This document shows positions 49,751 through 61,491 of a stretch of DNA of 64,000 nucleotides, one piece after another. Position 1 is the first letter of the stretch, and every line of letters starts with the position of its first letter. The stretch comes from Takakia lepidozioides. Taxonomy: Eukaryota; Plantae; Bryophyta. The stretch spans positions 12,028,001 to 12,092,000 of the forward strand of contig CM060734.1 in the NCBI GenBank assembly GCA_030704615.1, given 5' to 3'. The translations under genes and the position numbers were made by a program. The notes beneath the pieces are model-generated. The model saw only the letters and a list, made by a program, of their open reading frames with translations, searched no databases and was not told the DNA's origin.

Positions 49751-52700
49751 CCCATGTGGGCTGGGGTGCATGCGCGCACCAGTGCACCCCCCCCCCCCCC
49801 CCCCCCTTTTTTTTGCTGCGAATTGCTTGACAAAGGTGGTGAGGGAGATGGAGAGGGTACCTGCATCACCCAAATTTTTTTTTTAGTTGGGATTCATTAT
49901 GTACCTTGCCTGTTTGATTGGTACTGACCCTGGTTCCTGTTCAATCTTATGCTGACAGATCTCAGGTGGTATCCCTTTCAGATCCTCGTAGCTCCAAGCA
50001 AATACATCTCTGTATTTGATGAACAGACTTTTAGCTTCCTCAAAGAATTCTGGCTCCAAATCAGCCCCTACCTTCACCATCCTCGGTTCCTCTTCAGTTC
50101 CCACATTCACTTCTCTCACCTGCTCATCAGCTGTGATTGTCCAACCAATCACCACTTCATCCTGTAAACTCACAGTGGCTGGTTCCTCTAGGATTTCCAT
50201 TTCTCCCTCTCTTTCTTCATAGAAATGTGGTGGGTAACTGCTTGTTTCACCCTCAATTGGTGTTGCTGTCACTACACCACAGCAGATACCTTTTAAACAA
50301 CTTAGGCCTTCCAGTTGCATCTCTGCAACCTGCTCCCACTCTGGGTGTGCAGCAAACAGGGTAGCTTCCTGCTCCTCATCAAGTCCTCCCCTCCAGTCAT
50401 ACTCCCTGACCCCTCGAGGTCTTCTCGTAGCAGGTAGTCTACTAGATTTCTTAGTGGTGATTTGTATCTTGTGCATCCCATCATGCACAGTTAGTAACTG
50501 GGAATTCTAGTCATGGAATACCCTGGCCTGTTTCAGCCACGGTCGACCTAGCAATAAGGAGTAAGCTTCCATGACTTCATCCATTTTCAACACAGTTACT
50601 GTGATTTTAAAGATCATCTTTTGAATCTGTATCTTAACTCCTCTTATCAATCCCAATGGCTGAACACTTCTTTGATCTGCCATTGTTACTGTAAATGGGG
50701 CTGGTTTCATGTTACTTAGACCAAGCTTCTACCTTAATTGGTCTGTCATGATATTCACTCCAGAGCCTCCATCTATCAGTACATCAGTTAGTTCTATGCT
50801 TCCAATTCTCAATTGGATTACTGGCATAGAATCATCAAAGTCCATGACTGTTTTTCGCCCTTCCGGCTTCACATTATAACTGGTCACCTTACTGTTCAGG
50901 TCTGTGTTCCCTGTCACATGGGCAATCTGATTGATTGCTTGATACAGCCTGTGCCTACAATAAGGTGCCACAACCAATAGTTGTCCAATGGTAATCTCCG
51001 CTTTGGACTGGCATATTACTTCAGCCAAAGTCCCTTCATTACTCTGCATTTCTGCAGCTTCTTTTTTCCCTTCATCCTCACTCACTTCCTCTTCTCTTTC
51101 AGAATCAGAGGAATCTGCCATAGGAATATCAGTACTCTTCTGCATTTCCCTTATGGTATCTGCCACTTCCTTGTGCAGTTCCTTCTCATCTCTCCAAGCC
51201 TCATCATCTTCAGGCACATCACTGCCATCTTCATTATCATCACCTTCCTCATCTACTGGAGGTATTAATTTAGCTTTGCTTCTGGTTACTATCATTGTAC
51301 TTACTTCTGGTACAACACATGGCCTAACCATGTGAGCTGCCACCACTGGCCCCTCATTCACAGGAGCTCTCATCTCATTCTGGTGTCTGATCCAGAATGG
51401 ACAGGCTGCCTTGCGATATCCTGCCTGATTACAATAGTAACACAGTTCTTCCCCATTAGGTCCTCGCCCTTGGTCTGTTCTGGGATTGTTTTTGTAATCT
51501 TGATTCCCTGGCTGGTAATTCCCCCTTGGATTACCCTGATAGTTGCCTCTAGAATTTCCTTGGTAATTCCCTCTTGGATTACCTCTCCCTTCCATGCCAT
51601 TGTTATAACCACCAGGCCTACCATAGTGGTCCTGATCACTGTTTCTTGTTGGCTGGGGCTGCACTTGATGCACCCTTACTTGCCTAGGTTCTCTTGCAGC
51701 TGTCCTTCTGTTGTAGTAACAATTCTCAGTAGAATGGTTATCCATTTTACAGATAGTACAGTGTTTCTCCTTCATGTGGCATTCAGTGGTGGTATGGCCT
51801 TCATTCTGGCATTTTGCACACCAAACACCCTTCCTCCAATGTGTTGCAGCCTCTGTGGCATACTTCTTCAAGATTTCTTCTAATCTTTTCTCATAGTTAT
51901 CCCTCTTCAACTTTTCCTTCCTCTTACTCTTCCTCTTAAGCTCTTGCTCTTCTTCCTCATCTGACTCATCCTCAGAGTCCTCATCATCCATTTTCTCTCT
52001 CCTGAGCATTCCCAATTGCTCAATTCTGTTCGCTGTTTCAAATGCCTCCTCCACTGTATTATGGGGTAACATATCCACTTTCTTTTGCAAAACTGGTCTT
52101 AGTCCACACACAAACCAAGTCTTCTGTAAACCTGGTGCTGGTACAGCAGCCAGTTTTTTCATCATCAATTCCATCTTTTCCATATACTCCTCAACAGTTT
52201 CATGCTTCTTTTGCTTTAACTGTTGTAAACTTCCATACACTTCATCCTCAGTTTTACTTGTCCTGAACATATTTCGGAATGTTGTATTCAAGCCATTCCA
52301 GGTTAGGAAATGATTATCAGGGAATCTTGCATACCATTCACTTGCTTTCTTTATAAGTGAACAAGAAAACAGTCTCATCTTGGCATCATCATCATTCTCA
52401 TTGTTCACAATACACATGTGCTCAAATTGGCTAATGTGTACATCAGGATCCCCTTTTCCTGAATATATTGGAAAAGGTGGTTTTGCCCATGTTGGTTGTA
52501 ACGCCATCTGTGGCCCTACCCCCTGCCCACTGACAGGTGCTGGCCCCCTTGCTGGTGCTGGTCCTCGAGGACCTGTGGTAGTTGTGGTGGAACTTCCACC
52601 AAGTGCTGGCCCCTGAGCACTCCTTGCTATTGGCCCCACTATATTCACAGTATTCCCAGCTCCAGTTGCACTACTTCCCACACTCCCTGTCCCCCCAGAG

Positions 52701-53925
52701 CCAGATCCAGGCTGCCTGCCTGATCCCCCTGAGCCGACACCTTCGTTGGCCTGTGATCCAAGTGCTCCACTTGATCCAGGTCCAACGGGTTGGGATGTCC
52801 TGGTTATAGTCTCAACCTCAGCTGTTGGGTCTACTTCTTCATACTCTTCATCTTCCAATTTCTTCTCCCTGTTTTCATCTTCCAAGTTCTGCCCTTGGGT
52901 TTCTTCTTCTTCACTCATGTAACTCAATTGCAATGGTGTTGGAGAGTTTGAACTCTCCGTTGGCTCTGCCACATCCTCTCCTCCTTCTTCATCTTCTGTT
53001 TCAGAAACTGGAGTTCATGCTTTTGGTGTTCCATGCCAACTCTTATCAAAGAATTCTGTCAAATCTTTTATCAGGGATGTACCTCAGATCTTTCACCTCG
53101 TGGTTGATCTTCTTCCTGTACCAATTCCCTTAATCTTTCTTGCAAAGAAAAAGGAGTGGCATCCAACTCTAGTTCTTCCGGTATGGGTGATGTACTCTCT
53201 GATCTTAATGGTGTGAGAGGTCCAGATGATTCCCCTATGTCTATTCCTCTCTCCCAAAGATATGGATAATTAGCTTTCAGATAACTTTCTCTTTTTGCTG
53301 AATATCTCTGGAGTCTAGTTTCTCTTTCATCACTCATGTCCCATGTCTTTCATTTCTTTAATGTGGCAATAACCAAAACTCTCTTCTGTAGTATCTCTCG
53401 TATATACCTGGGTTTCTTTCAAGCTTCAATGCACCCTTGGCTATACTAGAAGTCTCCGTTACCATATAACCATATGGCAAACAAGTCTGAAAAGCTGTTC
53501 TTGGTGTGAGTTTGATCCACAGAATATCCTTTGAAATCCAATTCTTTACCAGTATAAGCTCATCATGCATATGAGTATAAACATTCACCTTCCTTTTCTC
53601 CCAGCCTTCAAACTCTACTCGCTTAATGGATAGCAATGCTATCACATAAACCAGTGTTGGTAACCAACGTGCTCTTCCTCTACAGGCCACCTGATAAATC
53701 TTTATCACTTCTTTCTCCAGACCCCACTCAGGGTCAACATCATGCACTCTCTTAAGAATGTTTTTTTTACAACCGTCTGGCAATTCCAAGAACCTCTGAA
53801 AGAATTGTTTGGACAATCTTTCCTTCTCAGTTCCACAGGGAATTTGATTCACATCAAATTCTTTAATTCTCCAACCACCATGATCCCACCAGATGTCTGT
53901 CACATCTGGTTGTTCATGACCCAGT

Positions 53926-53943
53926 TCCCCAGTATGGTCGCCA
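53926..53943 (-). promoter_or_regulatory. Primer-binding site (tRNA-Arg-like, Ogre/Tat type)
   Basis: TGGCGACCATACTGGGGA two nt after a CA end; resembles TGGCGACTCTGCTGGGGA-type PBS. Confidence 0.65.
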
Positions 53944-54574
53944 AATGTCGAGCGGCTTTTACTCACCCATCCCTTCGCTATCCGAGGTGGAAACTCCAAG
54001 ATAGAAGAGTTGGATATCTCTAAGCACTCAGCTTGCTCAGAACAATCAGTCATGACCTACAGCTAGTGAATCATGGTTGTGCTTCCTATTTGTATTCCTT
54101 CTTGCCTTCATGTTATCAATTTACCTTACCGTGTATACTGAAGCATCAGATTGCTTCAGTATCTACTAAGTTCCAATTAATCATGCATTCATTCCACAGC
54201 TTCTCTCATGTCTCTCTACACAGTATGTTTGTATCGATTCTGTATCGGATTAAGATTAATCATGTATCATGCCTATGCCATGGTGTCCCTAATCTACCCT
54301 ATTGTATAATTTTACAGCTTGCATGAAGTAAGCCTCAATCAAGTCATCATCTCCTCTTCACTATTTCCGCTCTCTGTTACGTCTCCTCCTCTCCTGAGCA
54401 AGTCGCCCTCCTCAAGAAGTGATCCTCTTCCTGTTGCCGCCCTGCCTAATCTACCCACAAGCTGTTCTAACCACCTAACTAACTAACCGTCACCCCTGAA
54501 GTAACACGTTCCCTCTGCAGATGTCGTTCCCACACAGTCGTTCCCTGTCAATGATAACTGTTCCCCATGTACAC

Positions 54575-54880
54575 TGTGACAGGCTGTGTCAAGCTGTGCC
54601 GAGCTGTGACTGGCTGTGTAAAGTTGCGTCAGGCTGTGACTGGCTGTGCAAAGCTGTGTCGGGCTGTGTCAGACTGTGTCTGGCTGTGATAGACTGTGAT
54701 GGGCTGTGTAAAGCTGTGTCGGGCTGTGACTGGCTGTGCGAAGCTGTGTCGGTTATGTCAGACTGTATCTGGCTGTGATAGACTGTGACGGGCTGTGTAA
54801 AGCTGTGTCGAGCTGTGACTGGCTGTGCGAAGCTGTGTCGGGCTGTGTCAGACTGTGTCTGGCTGTGATAGACTATGACA
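54575..54880. repeat. 10-bp-period minisatellite (GGCTGTGTCA / TCACAGCC family)
   Basis: About 30 CTGTG-core units; the reverse-complement family recurs at 59960-60075. Confidence 0.85.
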
Positions 54881-55025
54881 AGCTGTCTACCCCCCCTAAA
54901 GCCTGTGCCTGCCACTCCTAAGGCTCCTGTTGGTCTCAGTCTACCATTCATAAGTCTGCGCAAAAATTAAGGGTACCCCACAGAACCCGTAAAAGCGTCT
55001 AAGTCCCAAGCAGCCCTCTAACACA

Positions 55026-55220
55026 TGGTCTACCCGGCAAAGCTTCGGATTCCTCTCTGCCGCTTGGTATCATTGCAGGTGGTCACACCTGCCCTCCCAG
55101 GCGATATCGCACTAGAAGCATTCGTGTATTTTCCGAATCGACTAGGTGTCCGCCAACCACTCCAGGAACCACTTGGCAGTAAGCGAGACTATTGGAGAGT
55201 CGAAACGGACAATGTGGGCC
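55026..55220 (+). pseudogene. Possible N-terminal fragment of a ParB/Srx-like domain protein
   Basis: MVYPAKLRIPLCRLVSLQVVTPALPGDI resembles, from recall, the IPLCR...VVRPAL..DI start of bryophyte TE-associated ParB-like proteins. The DGNHR signature is not present, so the call is tentative. Confidence 0.4.
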
Positions 55221-56655
55221 CACGGGGGCATTTCAGACGGCGGGCAGAAGTGGGGTCAATGACTCCGGAGTCGTAGCAAAAATCCGGGCTATTTAATTAA
55301 TTACGTAAATACATAAAATTTGAAAAAGCGGAAATTACAAGTGGTTCTAATTACTGCACATGCGACTATAAATTTTCATTCATAATTTTGATTAATAGAA
55401 TAAAGATATTTATTCATTAAAGTGAATATGTAGTCGCTTCAACTACTCCATGAACCATTGCGCATTGTTGCACCCGTGATTCGGGGCCACATTTGCTTAC
55501 GTGTGTTTCACAAGAACAGGCAAACAAAATCTGGCCTTTGGGGGCTTGCATATTTTAATATGTACTGCCTCCACCTGGAAGTGACATGGAAGGTCCATGG
55601 TGACATCGTGAAAGCTGGAATTGTAGGGTTTGCCATTCTAAACACCGCCGTGGTGGACATGTATGCCGAATGCGGGAGCATTGAAGATGCGAAGGTAGTG
55701 TTCAACTGTGGCTCAACGAGATGTGGTGTCGTGGAGTGCGATGATCGCATTGGCAGCAAGGCAAGGATGTATTCATGATTTGTGCAGAGGCAGTGATAGC
55801 TGAAGGAGCAAGATAGAGTGTGGGTCCATATTCATCCAAGAGGGTCGGATTTCAAGCTCCAGATTACCTATGGATCCCTGTGGAAGGATAACTACAAGAA
55901 ACCTCCATGGGTAGATGGTTAGCTGGAAGCGGCAGCTGTAGTGGCACAGTTGATAAAATCAGGCACCTCAACCATGACCACAACTTCTGGAAGAGGATCA
56001 AGCGAGGGAGTCCACAATGCCTCTTCTGGCACTTATGGGCATGTGAAGATGCTTTATGAGGCAGCAGACTAAAAGAGGCTCTACAAACTTTAAACCAAAG
56101 AGGCATTTCAGCAGATGTAGATACGTATATGTGTCTCTTGCATAAGTGCATCAAGATGAAAGGCCTAGAAGTTGGAAAGCAGGCGCACACTCACATTGTC
56201 CAAAGTGGATTCACGCCAAACGTTTTTCTACTCAACAACCTTGTCAACATGTATGTTAAGGGGAGCATCATGGATGATCACCAAGTGTTCAACACAGAAT
56301 GCCTCAACGATCTTTGATCACGTGGAATATAATGTTGGCAGGATTACCAAACATGGGCGTGGTACGAATGCTTTGGAGACCTGTGAGCAAATGATGCGCG
56401 AAGGGGTGAAAACCAACCACATCGCGTTTGTATGTGTTTGCAATGCGTGTGCAATCCTGGAAAAGGGGAACGAGGTCCATGGTGACATCGGTCAAAGCTG
56501 GAATTGCACCAGATGTCATTTTGAGCACTGCCCTGACCTGGACATGTATGCCAAATGTGGATGCATTGAGGATGCAAAGGGAGTTTTCGACTCTATGGCT
56601 GAACGAGATGTGGTGTTGTGGAGTGCGATGCTTGCAGGGTATGCACAACAGGGAC
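55109..56655 (+). pseudogene. Segmental duplicate of 13966-15283 plus the un-inverted PPR continuation (PDF-PPR copy C)
   Basis: Closely matches 13966-15283; 56425-56655 equals the reverse complement of ~17355-17574. Confidence 0.9.
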
Positions 56656-57109
56656 ATGAGAGGGAGAGGCGCCTTCGGTACTATGAGATGCATCATGCCA
56701 TGAAGAACTCCCCAATCTTTCAACAGGAGCATCATTTGGGCCAAGCGGCCTAGCTACCTCGCCACATATGGGATCCCTCTCCACCCTCTCTCTCTCTTGT
56801 GCATTGATCAGCAAATCCCGTTGATGAGGTCATAACCCTCCTAACCTCGGTGGTTGGAGAAACACCGGGAGCAATGTCCAATTGGCCCATCCTAGGACCA
56901 TCTTGAAAAATCTTTATATTATCCGTATATAATGCTTCTAACGAAGGAGAGAGGGTAGCGCTAGATACTGCAGGCCCAATGGAGGACTCAACAATAGTAC
57001 CAGTAGTATCCGGCACAGGAGCCACTTCAACTACAACACCTTGGCCCAAGAGGGGGGCATCATCATAAACACGGTAACCTCTTGATAAGGTTCCTGATGG
57101 AGATTGGCT

Positions 57110-58332
57110 ATTTTTTTAAATTTGGGTGGTGGCATGCACCCTCTCTATCACGCATGCTCTCTGTCAAGCAATTCGCAGCAAGGGGAGGGGGGGGGGGGGG
57201 CTGGTCGCAATGGTGCGCACAGCCACACCAGTGCACTTGGGCTTTTATTTTTTCAAATTTGGATGATGGCAGGCACCCTCTCTCTATCACCCTAGCTCTC
57301 TGTCAAGCAATTTGCAGCAATGGGGGGGCTGGCCGCGCTGGTGTGCGTAGACACCCCAGCCCACATGCGCAATTGTTTTTGGATTTTGGGTGATGTAGGC
57401 ACCCTCTCTCTCACTCACCACCTCTGTGCAGCAATTCGCAGCAACACGGGGGCTGGCGCAGCCACCCCAGCCCACATGGTTTTTTAGTTTTTTTTTTTAG
57501 TTTTTTTTAATAAATTTTGGGTGATGCAGGCACCCTTTCTCTCTCCCTCACCACCTCTGTGCAACAATTCGCAGCAACAGGGGGGTTGGCGCAGCCATTC
57601 CAGCCCACATGGGTTTTTTTTTTAAAATTTTTTTTGGGTGATGCAGGCACCCTCTCTCTCTCCCTCACCACCTCTGTGTAGCAATTCGCAGCAATAGGGG
57701 AGCTGGCGCAGCCACCCCAGCCCACATGGTTTTTTTTTATAAAAAAAATTGGGTGATGCAGGCACCCTCTATCTCTTCCTGACCAACTCTGTGCAGCAAT
57801 TCGCAGCAACAGGGGGGCTGGCGCAGCCACCCCAACCCACACGGGTTTTTTTTTTTTTTTTTTTTGGGTGATGCAGACACCCTCTATCTCTTCCTCACCA
57901 CCTCTGTGCAGCAATTCGCAGCAACAGGGGGGCTGGCGCAGCCACCCCAGCCCACATGGGTTTTTTTTTTTTTTTTTGTGATTTTGGGTGATGCAGGCAC
58001 CATTTCATCCTTCCTCACCACCTCTGTGTAGCAATTCGCAGCAACAGGGGGGTGGGCGCAACCACCCCAGCCCACAAGGGTTTTTTTTTTTTTTTTTTTT
58101 TTTGGATTTTTGGTGATGCAGGCACCCACTGTCTCTTCTTCACCACCTCTGTGCAGCAATTCGCAGCAACAGGGGGGCTGGCGCAGCCACCCTAGCCCAC
58201 ATAAGTTTTTTATTTTTATTTTTATTTTTATTTTGGGTGATGCAGGCACCCTCTCTCTCTCCCTCACCACCTCTGTCAAGCAATTCGCAGCAACGGAGGG
58301 GGCAATTCGCAGCCACCCCAGCCCACATGGTT
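57110..58332 (+). repeat. ~120-bp tandem satellite (~10 units, variable T-tracts); reverse copies at 49345-49425 and 49752-49883
   Basis: GGGTGATGCAGGCACCCTCTCTCTC...CACCACCTCTGTGCAGCAATTCGCAGCAAC...GCAGCCACCCCAGCCCACATGG repeated. Confidence 0.92.
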
Positions 58333-59830
58333 TCATCATCAGGCTCTGATTTATTTGGTGAACAAGCCTTTGATAAGTGGAATAATAGCAAGGTGGTTAA
58401 TAATCTTGCACGAGTTTGAGTTCGAAGTTGTTTACAAGCCTGGCCGTTTGCATCTTGTGGCAGATCACCTGTCACGCCTATCAACAGGAGAGCCCGCTAC
58501 AGGAGTAGACGACCAACTACCTGATGCGAGTTTGTTTGCAGTGGAGGTGCAGGGAAGTGCAGATGACTAGTTAGATTGGCAGTGGCCAATCAGATACTAC
58601 CATACTCATGGTCAGTGCCCACCTAGTTATGGAAAGGAGCAGAGGAAGAGAATTGCTATCAAGGCTTTACCTTATACTATGGTAGGGGGCAGAATGTATA
58701 AGCTAGGACCTGATGGAGTACTTAAACGATGCTTGTACCACCATGAAGTAAATAAAGTTTTGGAGGAAGTTCATAAAGGAGTGGCTGGAGGTCATTTTGG
58801 AAAAGAGACTACCAGTAGAAAGATACTACTTGCAGATTACTGGTGGCCTACTTTGTTCAAGGATGTACACAAATATTGTAAGAGTTGTGATGAGTGTCAG
58901 AGGCTAGGACCATTGCAGAGATTTGGGAAGATGGCTTTGCATCCTACGATGCTTGCTGAACCATTTCAGAAATGGGGACTAGACTTTGTTGGACCAATTA
59001 ACCCACCAGCCAAGAATACACAGAACAAGTATATAATCACAACCACTGATTATACTACAAAGTGGGTGGAAGCTAAAGCTCTGAGGGACAACACAACTAA
59101 GTCCACAGCAAGGTTCCTGTATGAGAACATACTTACAAGATTTGGCTCTCCCCTGGAATTTATCAGTGACCAGGGAAGTCACTTCATTAATGAGACCATA
59201 GAACTATTGACTAAAGAGTTCATGATTGTGCGTAGGAAGAGTACAACTTATTACCCACAGGGTAATGGGCAGGCAGAGGCTACCAACAAAATACTATGTA
59301 CTATCTTGGCTAAGATAGTCAATGCAAACAAAATAGATTGGGATACAAAGTTGTTGACGACTTTGTGGTCATACAAGACTTCATATAAAGTCACCACTAA
59401 GTATACACCATTCCAATTAGTTTTATGGTATGGAAGCTTTACTTCCAGTGGAGTTCTTGTTACCTACCATGAGAACGGAATGGGGAAGGAGAATGGAATT
59501 GGAAGATTCAATTAAGGTCAGGAAACATGAATTATATCATGTGGAAGAAGTACGTGCTGATGCAGCAGATAACATGACCATAATTCAGATTAAGAGGAAG
59601 GATCAATTTGATGAAGGTAAACTGAAAACTTTTAAGACGGGTGATTTGGTTCTATGGTTGCAGAAGAAGGGGAAGATTAAGGCTTCTAAGCTTAAATCAC
59701 CATGGAAAGGACCTTATGTCATATAGAAGATATATGATAACAACATCGCCATGTTACAAACCATTAACAAAGAGATGTTGGGAAGAGTCAATGCCAATAA
59801 GTTGAAAGGATACAGTGGTATCCACGACAA
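58333..59830 (+). mobile_element. 3' half of a non-chromovirus Gypsy pol (RNase H end + integrase)
   Basis: HQALIYLVNKP...RWLIILHEFEF; HKGVAGGHF...YWWPTL...CDEC; WGLDFVGP, SDQGSHF, GNGQAE; WKGPY; one stop and one frameshift. Confidence 0.9.
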
Positions 59831-61491
59831 ACCATTGCAACACGATTTGCATATTGAAACACAGACACAGTCACGGGCTGCACCGGTAATACCAACGGAG
59901 CATGAAGCACTTGTCGTAAAGCCGAATGTGTATGGCCTGAGCGGAGAACACGGGTGTTCGCACAGTTATCACAGCCCACCATAGCATCACACAGCCTATC
60001 ACAGCCCATCACAGTGTCACACAGCCTATCACAGTCCACCACAGTTAGACACAGCCCATGCGGGTTACACAGTCCATAGGGTCAGTGACAGGTGGACGCG
60101 GGTTAACGTCAGAAAAGTGGCCGTCAAGTGAAAGAGAAGTTTGGAAGTCAAACTCGGAGAATGTGCCACGCAAACAGGGGAAGTCAGAGGCATGTCTAAA
60201 AACGAACACGTGGTCACTAGGGCGAAGCACACCGCTGTGCATAAATTATAGAAGTGGGTATCATCATGCAAGAGAACAAATCGGGCCGTCAAAGTACCTA
60301 CCCGGTACATCAGCCAAAACTATTTGTGGGCCCATTAATTCATTCGGGGCAGGGGTAACGGAACCCTTTCCGAGTACAGAAAAGAGGGATTTTTACCACA
60401 TGTGCTGTCCTACTGGACATTCCAGGTGGGAATGTCCACGGAGGGGGAAAGAATTAAAAAGTTACCCATGCAGGCAACAGCCAATCAGGAGCGAGAATTT
60501 CATGCAGGTGGTTCCCTCCAAGAAACAAGAACAAGAAATCGGAAGAGTTATGAGCGGAAGAGTCGAGGTGGCTCTGAATAGCCCGTGTCTCGACGGGAGG
60601 GGCAATCAAAGCTATAGCTTTGTAGCTATGGCGGATATAACGGATTACACGCTCGCTTTACTACTCACGCAGTGGCGCAAGGACGAACGAATTGAGAGTA
60701 CATTCTCTCTCACTCGATACTTGCAAGCCCCACAGGCTTACACGGGGGAATGCTTGCGCGTGAGCCTGTGAGCCTATGAGCCTGGCTAGGCTCACGCCAC
60801 GTCAGCAATCATCCACGTGTGCAGGTCCTAATTCCGTGCTCCCCCCCCCCTAATTACCGCGGATCAGTTGTCGCCTATGTCCCTTTCATCGCCACCACAT
60901 GAATATTCTTTCCGACCGAGAACAATGGTAGGTTTGTGGATGGTTTAGGATCGAGGACATGATTTTTGAATGAGGAGATCGTCCGCTAGAGAATTGAATA
61001 TTAACAGCAAACCCTTTTTTTTGCAAAGTAGTTCATTCATTCCAACCCACAAACATTTTTCAATGTTGGAATCTGAAGACCTACCCCAGGCAATCCCTAA
61101 CTGTACTTACGGGAACGCGCGAAGATCTTGAAAAATGAACTACTTCCAGAGTCTGCAGCAATATCATCTATGAACACAGCAACCCCTCCTTGACGTTTTT
61201 TTCCTCCGCGACCCCCATGGAGAGGCGAATGCATTGTTTGTTGGGACAACACCCGTGCGCAAGCTTCCGCGTAAACCGGCAAGCGGTAAGCTCTAGGGGG
61301 ACTCGGGGACATGTAGTATCCTTGGAAACCGAAAGGTGTCCGCGTATTCGATGACACCTGCCGAACTCTGGAAAGCAAGAAGAGGAATGGTGGTAGATGT
61401 TATCATCCAGAAATAGACAATGTAAGCAACCATCTGTCGAACGGGAATGACACAATGAAATGCAACATATTTTGCACGACTAGAGCCGAAC

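Larger units (their letters stand above)
49883..54880 (-). mobile_element. 5' half of a Tat/Ogre-like Gypsy element (LTR, PBS, extra ORF, gag, PR, RT start)
   Basis: LTR end ...CGACA at 53946, PBS at 53943-53926, extra ORFs 53358-53925 and 53071-53337, 747-aa gag (50729-52972) with three knuckles and LIDGGSGVNIM protease, RT N-terminus to PIKQARYIMNPN. Confidence 0.85.

Noticed and set aside
54521-54963. Cys-rich repeat (metallothionein-like) ORFs
   Set aside because: Translations of the 10-bp minisatellite.
57082-58484. ORFs with AANCCTEVVR repeats
   Set aside because: Translations of the 120-bp satellite with variable T-tracts.
60058-60771. 237-aa ORF downstream of integrase as env or accessory gene
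   Set aside because: No transmembrane segment or motif; the region looks regulatory or LTR-like.
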